Positions 52,502 to 61,659 of a stretch of DNA of 64,000 nucleotides are shown piece after piece (the stretch's first letter is position 1; the number at the start of each line of letters is the position of its first letter). The notes under the pieces are model-generated. The model had not been told where the DNA came from and did not search any database. It saw only the letters and a list, made by a program, of their open reading frames with translations. The DNA lies in the NCBI GenBank assembly GCA_965223665.1, contig OZ245011.1, forward strand, positions 992,001 to 1,056,000, written 5' to 3'. A program made the position numbers and the translations under genes. The DNA comes from Nitrospinaceae bacterium (GTDB taxonomy: Bacteria > Nitrospinota > Nitrospinia > Nitrospinales > Nitrospinaceae).

Positions 52502-54586
52502 TTGAAAATGAAAAAAATGAAAAAATTAGTTAGTTGTAATTCCGCTCGAAATCACAGAAACTTATTTAACCTCTTACTATTAATGATGACGTTTAGTATA
52601 TTGCTTACAAATCCATTAGCTCAAGCACAAGAGACTGATGTAGGAAATGAAGCGATCATAGAAGGTAAAGTTGTCATATTACATGTAGATGAATTTGAAC
52701 GTGGAAAATCACGTTTTGTATACTTTATAGAAGAGAAACAAACCAAGGATTGGTTAGAATTAGATTTTCCCAACAAACCCCCAAAAGGTTTAAAACCAGA
52801 ACAAAAAATTAAAGCTCGTGGTCGAGCTATGGGTAAAAAATTTCAAGTTGAGGAAATAACTGAAGAACCCCAAACGGAACCCTCCACAGAAATACAAGAA
52901 AATACTATTCAAGGTGCCGGCCAGTCAAAAAATGCAATTGTTATGGTAGTAAATATGTCTACCTCCCCTAATTACTTTGACGCCAACACAGTAACTTCAG
53001 TTGAGTCCACAATGTTTTCAGCAAGTAACTCCATGGACAACTTGTATTTGGAAGCTTCCTTTGGACAATTATCTTTCCCTGGAGACCAGCAAAACAATGT
53101 TGTTCTAGTTGAAATTCCATACACAGAAAATTGCCCTTACTACACCTTCGCAAGCGCTGCGGACACAGCAGCAACTGATGCAGGAATTGATCTCTCTCAA
53201 TTTCAACATAAGGTTTATCTTTTACCTCCCAGTTCCATTTCGGGTTGTAGTTGGCTTGCTTTGGGACAGTTGGGCACTTACGGAACAAATTCCACTTTAA
53301 GATCATGGAGTACTAAAAACGATTCAATTGCTTTCGCCCATGAAGTGGGTCACAACCTGGGATTTCATCATGCCGCTACCGACTTAGGAAATGATGGCAC
53401 CATGGATAAAGAATACGGTGACACCTCTGACCTTATGGGATATTGCTGTAGTAAAAGAAAATTAAACAGCGTTCATGTAGATCAAATTGGTTGGTATAAA
53501 GATGCTATTCTAGCGGGAAGTGTTGTTAATGTTTTATCAAATGGAACATATTCTTTAGCTCCATTGGGTACAGATCCAAGCACTACAACCCACCCCCAAA
53601 TCCTAAAAATTGATAAAACAGATTCATCTGAAACTTATTACCTTTCTTATCGTCAACAAACCGGTTTAGATGCTGGAATGGCCAGTAAATATACAACCGG
53701 AGTTTCAATTCACCGTGGAAAGGAGTCCGGACAATGGTCTTATGAGCTAGCAGTTTTAAATAGTGATACCAACAATCAGTTTGTCGATTCTATTAATGGA
53801 ATCACGGTCACCCAATTGAGTAATGACACCAATGCGGTAACAATCGAAATTTCCTTTGATAATTGTGTTCGAAATGCGCCTACTGTTTCTGTAGGCCCAA
53901 CCACTCAACTAATTTCAGACTTAGGTGATGGTAGTGGTATATGGGTAGATCCTGCCTATACTGTCACGGTAACGAATAATGACAGTCAAGGATGTACAGG
54001 TACTGATTTTGTATTGCGGGAAGGAGAATTACTCGACTCTGATAACAATCCGATATCGGCGGCAATACTTTTCGATTTTGAAAATACCGCCATGCATCTA
54101 CCACCAGGAAATTCATCTTCCACATCTTTAAATGTTCAAATAGGAAATGTAATGGATGACAATTTTACTTTTTCAGTGGAAACCTCTGCCGCCGACACGG
54201 CTGATCACTGGCACCATGGTTCGGGTTCTGCATCCATTCAAGTAGATACTACTCCGCCTAATCCTCCAACCAGTTTATCAGTGGCTGCGAAAGGTAAGAA
54301 AATGGTGGAATTGAATTGGCAACCCGCGACTGACGGAAATGCTGGAACAGGTATCCAATATTACAGTATTTTCAGAAATGGGACTTGGATTGGAGATACT
54401 ACAAGCACTCTCTACCAAGACAAGGATTTTTCTAAATCGGGAACTAATGATTATTGGGTGACCGCAACCGACAGAGCTGATCATACTTCTTTTAATTCAG
54501 AAACTGTATCTTATCAAAATGGTGGAGGTTCTGATTCAGACGGTGGAAGTGGCGGCAAAGGAGGAGGAAAAGGTCGAAATAAATAG
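52502..54586 (+). CDS. Secreted metzincin metallopeptidase (M11 gametolysin-like) with C-terminal FN3-like domain
   Basis: Signal peptide, HEVGHNLGFHH, YGDTSDLMG Met-turn, DTTPPNPP...LNW...YSIFRNG...YWVTATD; start may be ATG 52508 or 52517. Confidence 0.85.
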   Translation: MKMKKMKKLVSCNSARNHRNLFNLLLLMMTFSILLTNPLAQAQETDVGNEAIIEGKVVILHVDEFERGKSRFVYFIEEKQTKDWLELDFPNKPPKGLKPEQKIKARGRAMGKKFQVEEITEEPQTEPSTEIQENTIQGAGQSKNAIVMVVNMSTSPNYFDANTVTSVESTMFSASNSMDNLYLEASFGQLSFPGDQQNNVVLVEIPYTENCPYYTFASAADTAATDAGIDLSQFQHKVYLLPPSSISGCSWLALGQLGTYGTNSTLRSWSTKNDSIAFAHEVGHNLGFHHAATDLGNDGTMDKEYGDTSDLMGYCCSKRKLNSVHVDQIGWYKDAILAGSVVNVLSNGTYSLAPLGTDPSTTTHPQILKIDKTDSSETYYLSYRQQTGLDAGMASKYTTGVSIHRGKESGQWSYELAVLNSDTNNQFVDSINGITVTQLSNDTNAVTIEISFDNCVRNAPTVSVGPTTQLISDLGDGSGIWVDPAYTVTVTNNDSQGCTGTDFVLREGELLDSDNNPISAAILFDFENTAMHLPPGNSSSTSLNVQIGNVMDDNFTFSVETSAADTADHWHHGSGSASIQVDTTPPNPPTSLSVAAKGKKMVELNWQPATDGNAGTGIQYYSIFRNGTWIGDTTSTLYQDKDFSKSGTNDYWVTATDRADHTSFNSETVSYQNGGGSDSDGGSGGKGGGKGRNK

Positions 54587-54591
54587 ATCCC

Positions 54592-54624
54592 AGGTGGGCC
54601 CTAATGGGCCCACCTAAATTTTTT
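54592..54624 (+). terminator. Probable intrinsic terminator
   Basis: 10-bp stem aggtgggccc/gggcccacct 5 bp after the stop, then aaatttttt. Confidence 0.7.
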
Positions 54625-54836
54625 GTTCCAACCTATATTATATTCCGTCCCAAATCTTTAAAGTCAATTTAAACCTCCTCATAAATAACTTTCATATCAT
54701 TCCATATTTTTTTAATCAGTTGACTTCAAGGCGGCGATCATCTATTTTGATTATCAGCTATTTGCATTTATAAATCGTAAGCATTATTAATGCAAACTTC
54801 ATCCTCAAGGTATTTTTCGAGCACACAATTAAAGGT

Positions 54837-54914
<78 letters not shown>

Positions 54915-55596
54915 TTTTCAATGACTTACGCGAAGGCTTTATGCTTCAGGTAGAATTTCGTAGAATTTTTTCTACCCCCTCTACCCTTTTCCATTTGCTC
55001 TATAGCTCCGCGCTTTTGTTCAGGCGCTAAGTGAGCATACTTCCATGTTGACTTAATATCTAAGTGGCCCATCAACTCTTGAACCACTTTCAATTCCACT
55101 CCCGATTGGATCAATCGGGAAGCGAAATCATGTCTCAAATCATGAAATCTAAAATCCTCAATTCCAGCTGCTTTTATGATCTTAAAAAAAACCGAGATGC
55201 ATAATCATCCTTGATAGGCTTCCATGTTTTCTTATTCAGAATCACATTCTTATAACGCAAACTCCGAACCCTTTTTAATTCGAGAAAGGCTTCCTCAGTT
55301 TGTAAAATAAATGGGATCATCACCGGTTTTTTATTCTTAGTCTTTTTAATAACAGTGCAGCGGTTTTTAAAATCCACATCGTTCCATTCCAAACTCACAA
55401 GATTATTTCGACGAAGGCCTGTATTTCTTGCCAACACAACCACAGGCCGAAACCACCGAAATTCATCCTGTTTTAAAACTTCAAATAATCTAAATTCCTC
55501 TTCTTCCAGCAAATACCGAACCCGCGGTTCACTGCCTTTAGGTAGCCTGATCGTGGCCATTGGAGATTTCCAAATTATTTCCCAATCTTCTGCAGC
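54915..55596. mobile_element. Remnant of an integrative element inserted at tRNA-Pro
   Basis: Integrase remnant ends 11 bp from the tRNA 3' end; IHF-like site and short GTAGAA repeats nearby; no second att copy seen in window. Confidence 0.7.
54926..55596 (-). pseudogene. Tyrosine recombinase/phage integrase, N-terminally truncated and frameshifted
   Basis: RVRYL..EE, NTGLRR, KTKN in one frame; after the T8 run at 55184-55191 the shifted frame reads [22 protein letters not shown]...LMGH...KYAHL. Confidence 0.88.
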
Positions 55597-56169
55597 CAAT
55601 TTCAATAAATAGCTAATTGGCAACCTTAAATATTTTTCTTCTTTTTTTGAAAAAACAAACCGACTTAAGTCTCCTCGGAGTCCTTCCCTTTTATTTTTTT
55701 TATTAGCTAATAGGTCATTATTAAATATTTCATTGGCATAGGGATTGAGGCGTGTAACAGGAAAACGAACCCAACTATTATCCCAAATTCCCTCTTTATT
55801 TGACTCAAGATATTTTTCTAAATTGGTTATTAACTTTTTAGAAGTTTCTCCCGTGCGGGATCTCGTTAAGAGATTTTTAAAATAATTGGATTGTTGAATT
55901 GAAATGGGAAGATCTACCCTTTGAGTATCACCAATTACCACTGTTTGAAGTTCAGTTTCAGATCCGGCCGTAGTGTCATTAACTGAAAAAGGCAAGGATT
56001 CAATAAAATATTCAGAACTTCCGGGTAAAATCCCCAATGATTTAAATACATTTTGTAAAGTTTTTGATTCTAAAGGCTTTTTTATTTTTAAAAGCAAACT
56101 CATAGATAATTTCCAACTGAAAAAAGTTAGCCACTTAACCCCATTTCCCTCGCAAGGATCACCTTTCAT
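55597..56169 (-). pseudogene. N-terminal fragment of an unrelated hypothetical protein, fused in frame to the integrase remnant
   Basis: LPFS..DTTAGSETELQ, VDLP, WDNSWVRFP, LRLPISYLLKLA show no integrase character; switch to integrase-like sequence at KLA/AEDWE; start 56169 or 56103. Confidence 0.6.
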
Positions 56170-56306
56170 TAATTCCTTGAAATAATTATCTATTGGATTT
56201 GTTATAGCGTAAATTTAATTGGATTAGAAACTTGGTAGGGTAATAGTCAGATATAACAAATTAGGTTTTTTCAAATATTCCAGCCTTATTTTTCAAAAAC
56301 CTGCGG

Positions 56307-56339
56307 TTCTAACATAATTCTAATAATCTTCAAATAGTT
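56307..56339 (+). promoter_or_regulatory. Three 11-bp-periodic direct repeats, candidate PhoB/OmpR-family binding site
   Basis: TTCTAACATAA / TTCTAATAATC / TTCAAATAGTT upstream of the GAK-type operon. Confidence 0.4.
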
Positions 56340-56453
56340 GTGTATTAAGGTTAAGGGTAGAAAATATAAACAATTAATCTCTAGGGGTTCATTTTGATTA
56401 TTATCCTCCCTAAGTAATTTCAATATGAAGACCACCTAAGGAGTATTCAAATT

Positions 56454-57656
56454 ATGTCTCAACCTAATGCAAAACCCAATTTAGAAAATACTGCGATTTC
56501 AAAAATTGAAGATCGCCGCAAGAAAAGATTTCAGGAACCCATTGTATTAACCGAAGGCATTACCGAATGGGATCAGGAAGCATATAAAAAAATTACATCT
56601 ACTGAATTAAATACCGAGCAAATTGATCAGGTAATTAAACCTCACCAAAACTTTCCACAACAATCTGCGGTTGTTGCTTTGCACTGGCACCCTGAATTTA
56701 TTCCGATTGAATTGATTCGTAAAAGAGTAGATGCCATGTTTCCCAATAAAAGAGAGGAATTAATAATCCCTACCGATCATAACGTTTTAAAATCCTATGA
56801 TGGAGTTTATACGGGGGTGGAAGTAGATTGCTTTTCAAGGGAGTTCAATAGAAAGGTCCAACTTCTTATCCATTTTGAAAATTCAAAAATAGAAGACGCT
56901 GGAGTTTTAAAGGCTATGTTAAATCATACCCTAAGGTATCGCTCCAGCCAGTTATTTGAACTCTTAGATTCACTTGTGAATCCCAAATGGGAACATCGAA
57001 TACAATTGGCGGCTAAAACGGCTGGTGCCGACGATGATCTTATTCGTTTCGTAAAAGTGCATGCTACAAAATTGAAGAACATGCTATTTCAAAATGAAAC
57101 CAATACTCCAATGATCCATATCAAAAACAAATTAATTGTTAATTTTCTGGACATGCACCTTGAATTTTATGATGAAAAGGTCATCAGTAGAGCCCAGTAC
57201 CTGGTTAAATTAGTTAAAAACTATGTAAAAAAAGATTTTAGTCATGAGTATTTTTATCAAACTCAAGAAATAATTGATGAAACCCGCTCCTTAGGCGGGG
57301 GAATAATTGTCCCTCATCCGGAGCAGTTTTGGCCTATATTGCTTGCTGAATATGATGTTGACGGATATGAGGTTTGGAATCCTCAATCAAGAGAATATAC
57401 CGAGTTTCTTATCAATGTAGTTTCAAAGCAAAATAAAACTAGAGCAAGAGGAAACAAACCTCTTCTTATTTTTATGGGAGATGATACCCACATGGGAGAA
57501 AAGGTCAAAGCTCCAGAGCAACAAAATAAAGAAAAAGCCAGCCGGCAAATTGGTTATCAATCCGCCTGGGAAGATCTTGCAATTCGAAAAGTTCTTTCCA
57601 TTGCTAACACCAATCGGTCAAGGCTGATTGAAGAATACAAGTCCAGACTATATTAA
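56454..57656 (+). CDS. Divergent PHP-domain phosphoesterase-like protein
   Basis: PHP motifs in correct order: LHWHP, PTDHN, GVEV, PHP, DGYEVWN, GDDTH. Confidence 0.65.
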   Translation: MSQPNAKPNLENTAISKIEDRRKKRFQEPIVLTEGITEWDQEAYKKITSTELNTEQIDQVIKPHQNFPQQSAVVALHWHPEFIPIELIRKRVDAMFPNKREELIIPTDHNVLKSYDGVYTGVEVDCFSREFNRKVQLLIHFENSKIEDAGVLKAMLNHTLRYRSSQLFELLDSLVNPKWEHRIQLAAKTAGADDDLIRFVKVHATKLKNMLFQNETNTPMIHIKNKLIVNFLDMHLEFYDEKVISRAQYLVKLVKNYVKKDFSHEYFYQTQEIIDETRSLGGGIIVPHPEQFWPILLAEYDVDGYEVWNPQSREYTEFLINVVSKQNKTRARGNKPLLIFMGDDTHMGEKVKAPEQQNKEKASRQIGYQSAWEDLAIRKVLSIANTNRSRLIEEYKSRLY

Positions 57657-57692
57657 GTTGTTTTATTAAAACTTTAAAAAGGGAGAGGTGTT

Positions 57693-57983
57693 ATGGCCTC
57701 ATCAGGGGACGAGTTCGCTTATCAATCCCTCCAGGATCCTGACTCCATTGTAAAATATTTAGAAGCTTTGGGTGAGGGAATTAAAGGAGGAAGTTTGCTT
57801 TTTGGAACCAAAAAGAAAAAACTTATTCTTGAACCCAATGGCTTAATGAAACTGGATGTTAAAGCCAGACGAAAAGATAAGAAGGTGAAAATTGAAATTA
57901 AAGTCAGCTGGTCACAGGGAAAAGAAGGCAAGGATGGAACCTCAGATACTCTGGAAATCAAGCCGGGAAAAAAACGTGATTAA
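57693..57983 (+). CDS. amphi-Trp domain protein (basic tail)
   Basis: IVKYLEALGEGIKGG..., LEP..LMKLDVKA.RK..KVKIEIKVSW. Confidence 0.8.
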   Translation: MASSGDEFAYQSLQDPDSIVKYLEALGEGIKGGSLLFGTKKKKLILEPNGLMKLDVKARRKDKKVKIEIKVSWSQGKEGKDGTSDTLEIKPGKKRD

Positions 57984-57985
57984 TC

Positions 57986-59641
57986 ATGAAATTTGTTGAA
58001 AGTATTATTTCTGGAAAAGGAATTGACAAAAATTTTAAATTAATGGTTTTGGAAGTTACCAAACAAGTCGAAGATACTTCAAAGGTAATTGAAAAACCAA
58101 ATTCAAAACTTGTGTCAAAAATTGACGCAAGAGATGATTACATTGATAACCTTAAGAGTGTAATAGAAAACAAATGTTTTTACGTAAATCTCAAGCATGA
58201 ACTAGATAAAAAAGGTTTAGATGTCATCCGGGCCGTCAATATTATTGGATCTAATCTCGAGCACCTTGCGGATCATGCGGTCGGAATTGTTTCCCAGGTT
58301 TCCCACTTAAAATCTCTCAACCAACTTACCCGTTTTAAATGTAAATTATTTTTTGATGAAATTCTTACTGGCTTAAGTTTAATTACTAAAGCATTTTTTA
58401 ATCAGGATATTAGTCTAGCATTGAAAATTTGCCGCACTGAATTTAACACGGATGTCCTTTTCGATAAAAACTTAAAGCTAATTATAGAAAATCTGGAAAA
58501 AGGAAAGAATGCGGGAGATCTTATCACCATTCTATTTGTTTTAAATTATCTTGAGCGAATGGGAGACACTATTTTAAATATTGGAGAAGCCATTATTTTT
58601 TCAATCATTGGAGAAAAACTAAAAATTCATGATTATGAAGCTTTGGAAGATTCAATGAGTTGTCACAATATGAAAAATGAAATTTCAAATCTTGAAATTC
58701 AATCCTATTGGGAAACCAAGTCCGGCTGTAAAATTAGTAGAGTCAAAGATGAAACACGAACGGATAATGAATCAAGAGTCATTTTTAAAGAAGGCCGAAT
58801 TAAAAAATTAGAAAAAGAACGGGAAAGTATTCTTCTCTGGGAAAATATTCAACCAGGCTTACCTCCAAAAGTATATAGCTTTCATAAAAATGGCAATAAA
58901 GCTTCAATATTACTTGAATACTTAGACGGGCAAACTCTCCTGCAAATTATTCTGGATTCTCATAAAGGACTTCTTAATGATGCGCTTGCGGGAATTCGAA
59001 AAACTCTTTCAAATATTTGGACAAAAACCAAAAAAGATGAAGGAGTAAATGCTGGGTTTATTTCACAACTTCAATCAAGATTAGACGACATCTTCAAAGT
59101 CCACCCTGAATTTGAAATCCCTGAAAAAAGAATCGGATCTAAGGAAATATTTTCTTTAAATACTTTGATTAATCAAGCCCAAAGAATTGAAAAAGAATTA
59201 AAAGCTCCTTTTTCAGTTCATGTACATGGGGATTTTAACATTGACAATATTCTTTTCAATCGTAATACCCAATCAATCCACTTTATAGATCTTTATCGGT
59301 CTGTTGATCAAGATTATGTGCAGGACCTATCCGTCTTTCTAGTATCCAATTTCCGACAGCCTGTATTCGAACTTTCCATTCGTGAAAGATTAAATCAAAC
59401 TATAGATTACCTTTATAATTTTGGTTTGAATTTTTCAAAAAAATATAATGATTCAACTTTCCAAGCACGCTTAGCATTAGGGTTAGCAAGATCTTTGTTT
59501 ACCTCAACTCGATTTGAGGTGGATAATTATTTTGCCGAAGCTATGAAAATGAGATCTATTTATTTATTGGAAAAGTTAAATGACCATAAAGGAAATTTAT
59601 GGGAGGACTTTATCCTTCCAAATGAAATACTTTATTTTTGA
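57986..59641 (+). CDS. PhoU-domain / APH-type phosphotransferase fusion
   Basis: PhoU repeats DDYIDNL, NLEHLADHAV, LERMGD..LNIGE; kinase motifs VIFKEG, LLEYL, HGDFNIDNILF, FIDL. Confidence 0.85.
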   Translation: MKFVESIISGKGIDKNFKLMVLEVTKQVEDTSKVIEKPNSKLVSKIDARDDYIDNLKSVIENKCFYVNLKHELDKKGLDVIRAVNIIGSNLEHLADHAVGIVSQVSHLKSLNQLTRFKCKLFFDEILTGLSLITKAFFNQDISLALKICRTEFNTDVLFDKNLKLIIENLEKGKNAGDLITILFVLNYLERMGDTILNIGEAIIFSIIGEKLKIHDYEALEDSMSCHNMKNEISNLEIQSYWETKSGCKISRVKDETRTDNESRVIFKEGRIKKLEKERESILLWENIQPGLPPKVYSFHKNGNKASILLEYLDGQTLLQIILDSHKGLLNDALAGIRKTLSNIWTKTKKDEGVNAGFISQLQSRLDDIFKVHPEFEIPEKRIGSKEIFSLNTLINQAQRIEKELKAPFSVHVHGDFNIDNILFNRNTQSIHFIDLYRSVDQDYVQDLSVFLVSNFRQPVFELSIRERLNQTIDYLYNFGLNFSKKYNDSTFQARLALGLARSLFTSTRFEVDNYFAEAMKMRSIYLLEKLNDHKGNLWEDFILPNEILYF

Positions 59642-59655
59642 AGGAATTAATTAAC

Positions 59656-60540
59656 GTGGGTCAATTAAAAGTTGGGGTAGTGGGAATTCCAGGAAATCAT
59701 TCTTCCACTCAGTTGGTAAAAGCTTTTGGAAATCGTATCCAATATGAATGCCTCATAGATATGGAAAAGATTTCCGCTGATCTACACTTCGGTCAAGTGT
59801 TTTTTAACGGAATCGACTTAAGTAGTTTAGATGGTCTAGTAGTCAAAAAATTAGGCGCTCAATATACTCCGGATTTGTTGGATCGTTTGGAAATTTTAAG
59901 TCTTCTTCATCACAGAGGGGTTCCTGTTTTTTCAAACCCAGATAGTCTTAAAAATTTGTTAGACAGACTAAGTTGCACAATTCGTTTAAGAAAACATAAT
60001 ATTCCCATGCCTCTAACGACCATTACAGAGGATGTAGACCTTGCTGTAAAAGCAATCAATGTGTATGAAAAAGCAATTTTAAAACCTTTATATACGTCAA
60101 AGGCCCGAGGAATGATTGTTTTGGAAAAATCAAATAATTTGCGGGAAAAAGTTGAAGAATACAAACAAAGTGGACATCAGATAATTTATATTCAAAAAAT
60201 GGTTCCCATTCCAGGAAGAGATTTAGGAGTGGTTTTTTTAGGAGGAGAATACCTGGCCACTTATTCCAGAGTTGCAAACAAGGAGGCTTGGAACACCACT
60301 ACGGTTTCTGGAGGAAAGTACGAAGGCTATGAACCCTCAAACCAGGTAATTGAATTAGCCCGAAAAGCCCAGGCCCTGTTCTCCTTAGACTTTACATGTG
60401 TAGACGTAGTTGAAACTCCAGAAGGCCCCTTAGTGTTTGAAGTATCTGCGTTCGGTGGATTTCGTGGATTAGAGGAAGCTTACGGAATGGATGCTGCAGG
60501 ACTTTTAGCCGATCACATAATAAAAAAAATCAATCCATGA
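59656..60540 (+). CDS. GAK-system ATP-grasp enzyme (RimK-like)
   Basis: DRLSCT..L, PMPLT, ILKPLYTSKARGM, YIQK, CVDVV...VFEVS; GTG 59656 with AAGGA RBS (track start 59638). Confidence 0.85.
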   Translation: MGQLKVGVVGIPGNHSSTQLVKAFGNRIQYECLIDMEKISADLHFGQVFFNGIDLSSLDGLVVKKLGAQYTPDLLDRLEILSLLHHRGVPVFSNPDSLKNLLDRLSCTIRLRKHNIPMPLTTITEDVDLAVKAINVYEKAILKPLYTSKARGMIVLEKSNNLREKVEEYKQSGHQIIYIQKMVPIPGRDLGVVFLGGEYLATYSRVANKEAWNTTTVSGGKYEGYEPSNQVIELARKAQALFSLDFTCVDVVETPEGPLVFEVSAFGGFRGLEEAYGMDAAGLLADHIIKKINP

Positions 60541-61625
60541 AAAAAGAAACCCTTAAAGTTACTGAAATTGTAGAAAATCTGAGAAAAGAATTTGAAACCT
60601 CATATCAACTGTTTCTCAAATTTGGCCAATGCAATATATGTGTTAATTTAAATTCTCAAGCTCTTTTAAAAGATTTAGAATTTTATTACAAGGACTTTAT
60701 AACTCACTCCGACGATACAGAAATCCAAATAGCCGCTATTGAAGCTCCCGAACCCCGCTTCCCCGTTGATTACACGATAAAGCAACCTGACCCCGGAAAA
60801 AAAAAGGTAAAAGAAGAGTATGCGAATCTTCTAGATGGGCGCATTGTAAGGAAAAGACTAACAGGTATGCACTTTATTTTCGGGAATGGAAATCATTGGG
60901 CAATTGGACCTTCCGTAAAGAATTCCAACCAAGTAATTAATTTCATAAATAATCGTTATATACAATGGTTGGTTGATCGTGGTTTCCTTTTAGGACACGC
61001 TGCAGGGATTGAGTGGAATGGTCGGGGTTTGGCTTTGGCCGGTTTTTCAGGTATGGGAAAATCGACTTTGGCGTTGCATATTTTAAGTCGTGGTGGAAAT
61101 TTTGTTTCAAATGATAGGTTACTGGTGAAAAAAAATCAGAACCAACTAAAAATGCATGGGGTTGCCAAACTGCCGAGAATTAACCCCGGCACGGCCCTCA
61201 ATAATCCCAACCTTGAAAAAGTAATGTCAGAAAAAGATAAAAATCTTTTTAAAACTCTTTCACCAGAGGAATTATGGAATTTGGAACATAAATATGATGT
61301 ATTTCTGGATCAGTGCTTTGGTGAAGACCGATTTGTCCTGGAAGCAAAAATGGACTGCCTGGTCATTCTTAATTGGGATAGGAACAAAGAGCAAATGGAA
61401 TACCAGGAAGTTAACCTTCGAGAGAGAGAAGATTTACTTCAGGCATTTATGAAATCGTTAGGACTATTTTATGAAAATGAAGGTTCACTTGAGGTTCACC
61501 AACAAGAACCCGGTTTTTATCTAGATAACCTGGAAAGTTGTAAAGTGATGGAATTTAAGGGTGGTGTAGATTTTGACAAAGCCGCCGAAGTTTGCATTCA
61601 AATTTTAGAAAACAATTTTAATTAA
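60537..61625 (+). CDS. HprK-related kinase (GAK-system type B)
   Basis: LGHAA, Walker A GFSGMGKST, VSNDR, KLPRINPGT. Confidence 0.85.
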   Translation: MKKETLKVTEIVENLRKEFETSYQLFLKFGQCNICVNLNSQALLKDLEFYYKDFITHSDDTEIQIAAIEAPEPRFPVDYTIKQPDPGKKKVKEEYANLLDGRIVRKRLTGMHFIFGNGNHWAIGPSVKNSNQVINFINNRYIQWLVDRGFLLGHAAGIEWNGRGLALAGFSGMGKSTLALHILSRGGNFVSNDRLLVKKNQNQLKMHGVAKLPRINPGTALNNPNLEKVMSEKDKNLFKTLSPEELWNLEHKYDVFLDQCFGEDRFVLEAKMDCLVILNWDRNKEQMEYQEVNLREREDLLQAFMKSLGLFYENEGSLEVHQQEPGFYLDNLESCKVMEFKGGVDFDKAAEVCIQILENNFN

Positions 61626-61659
61626 TCTGTTAATTTAATCCAAAATTTTGGAGGGTACC

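Noticed and set aside
54926-56169. Functional integrase made by programmed -1 frameshifting at T TTT TTA
   Set aside because: The heptamer is slippery-like, but the integrase also lacks its own N-terminus and I see no stimulatory structure; decay or sequencing error is simpler
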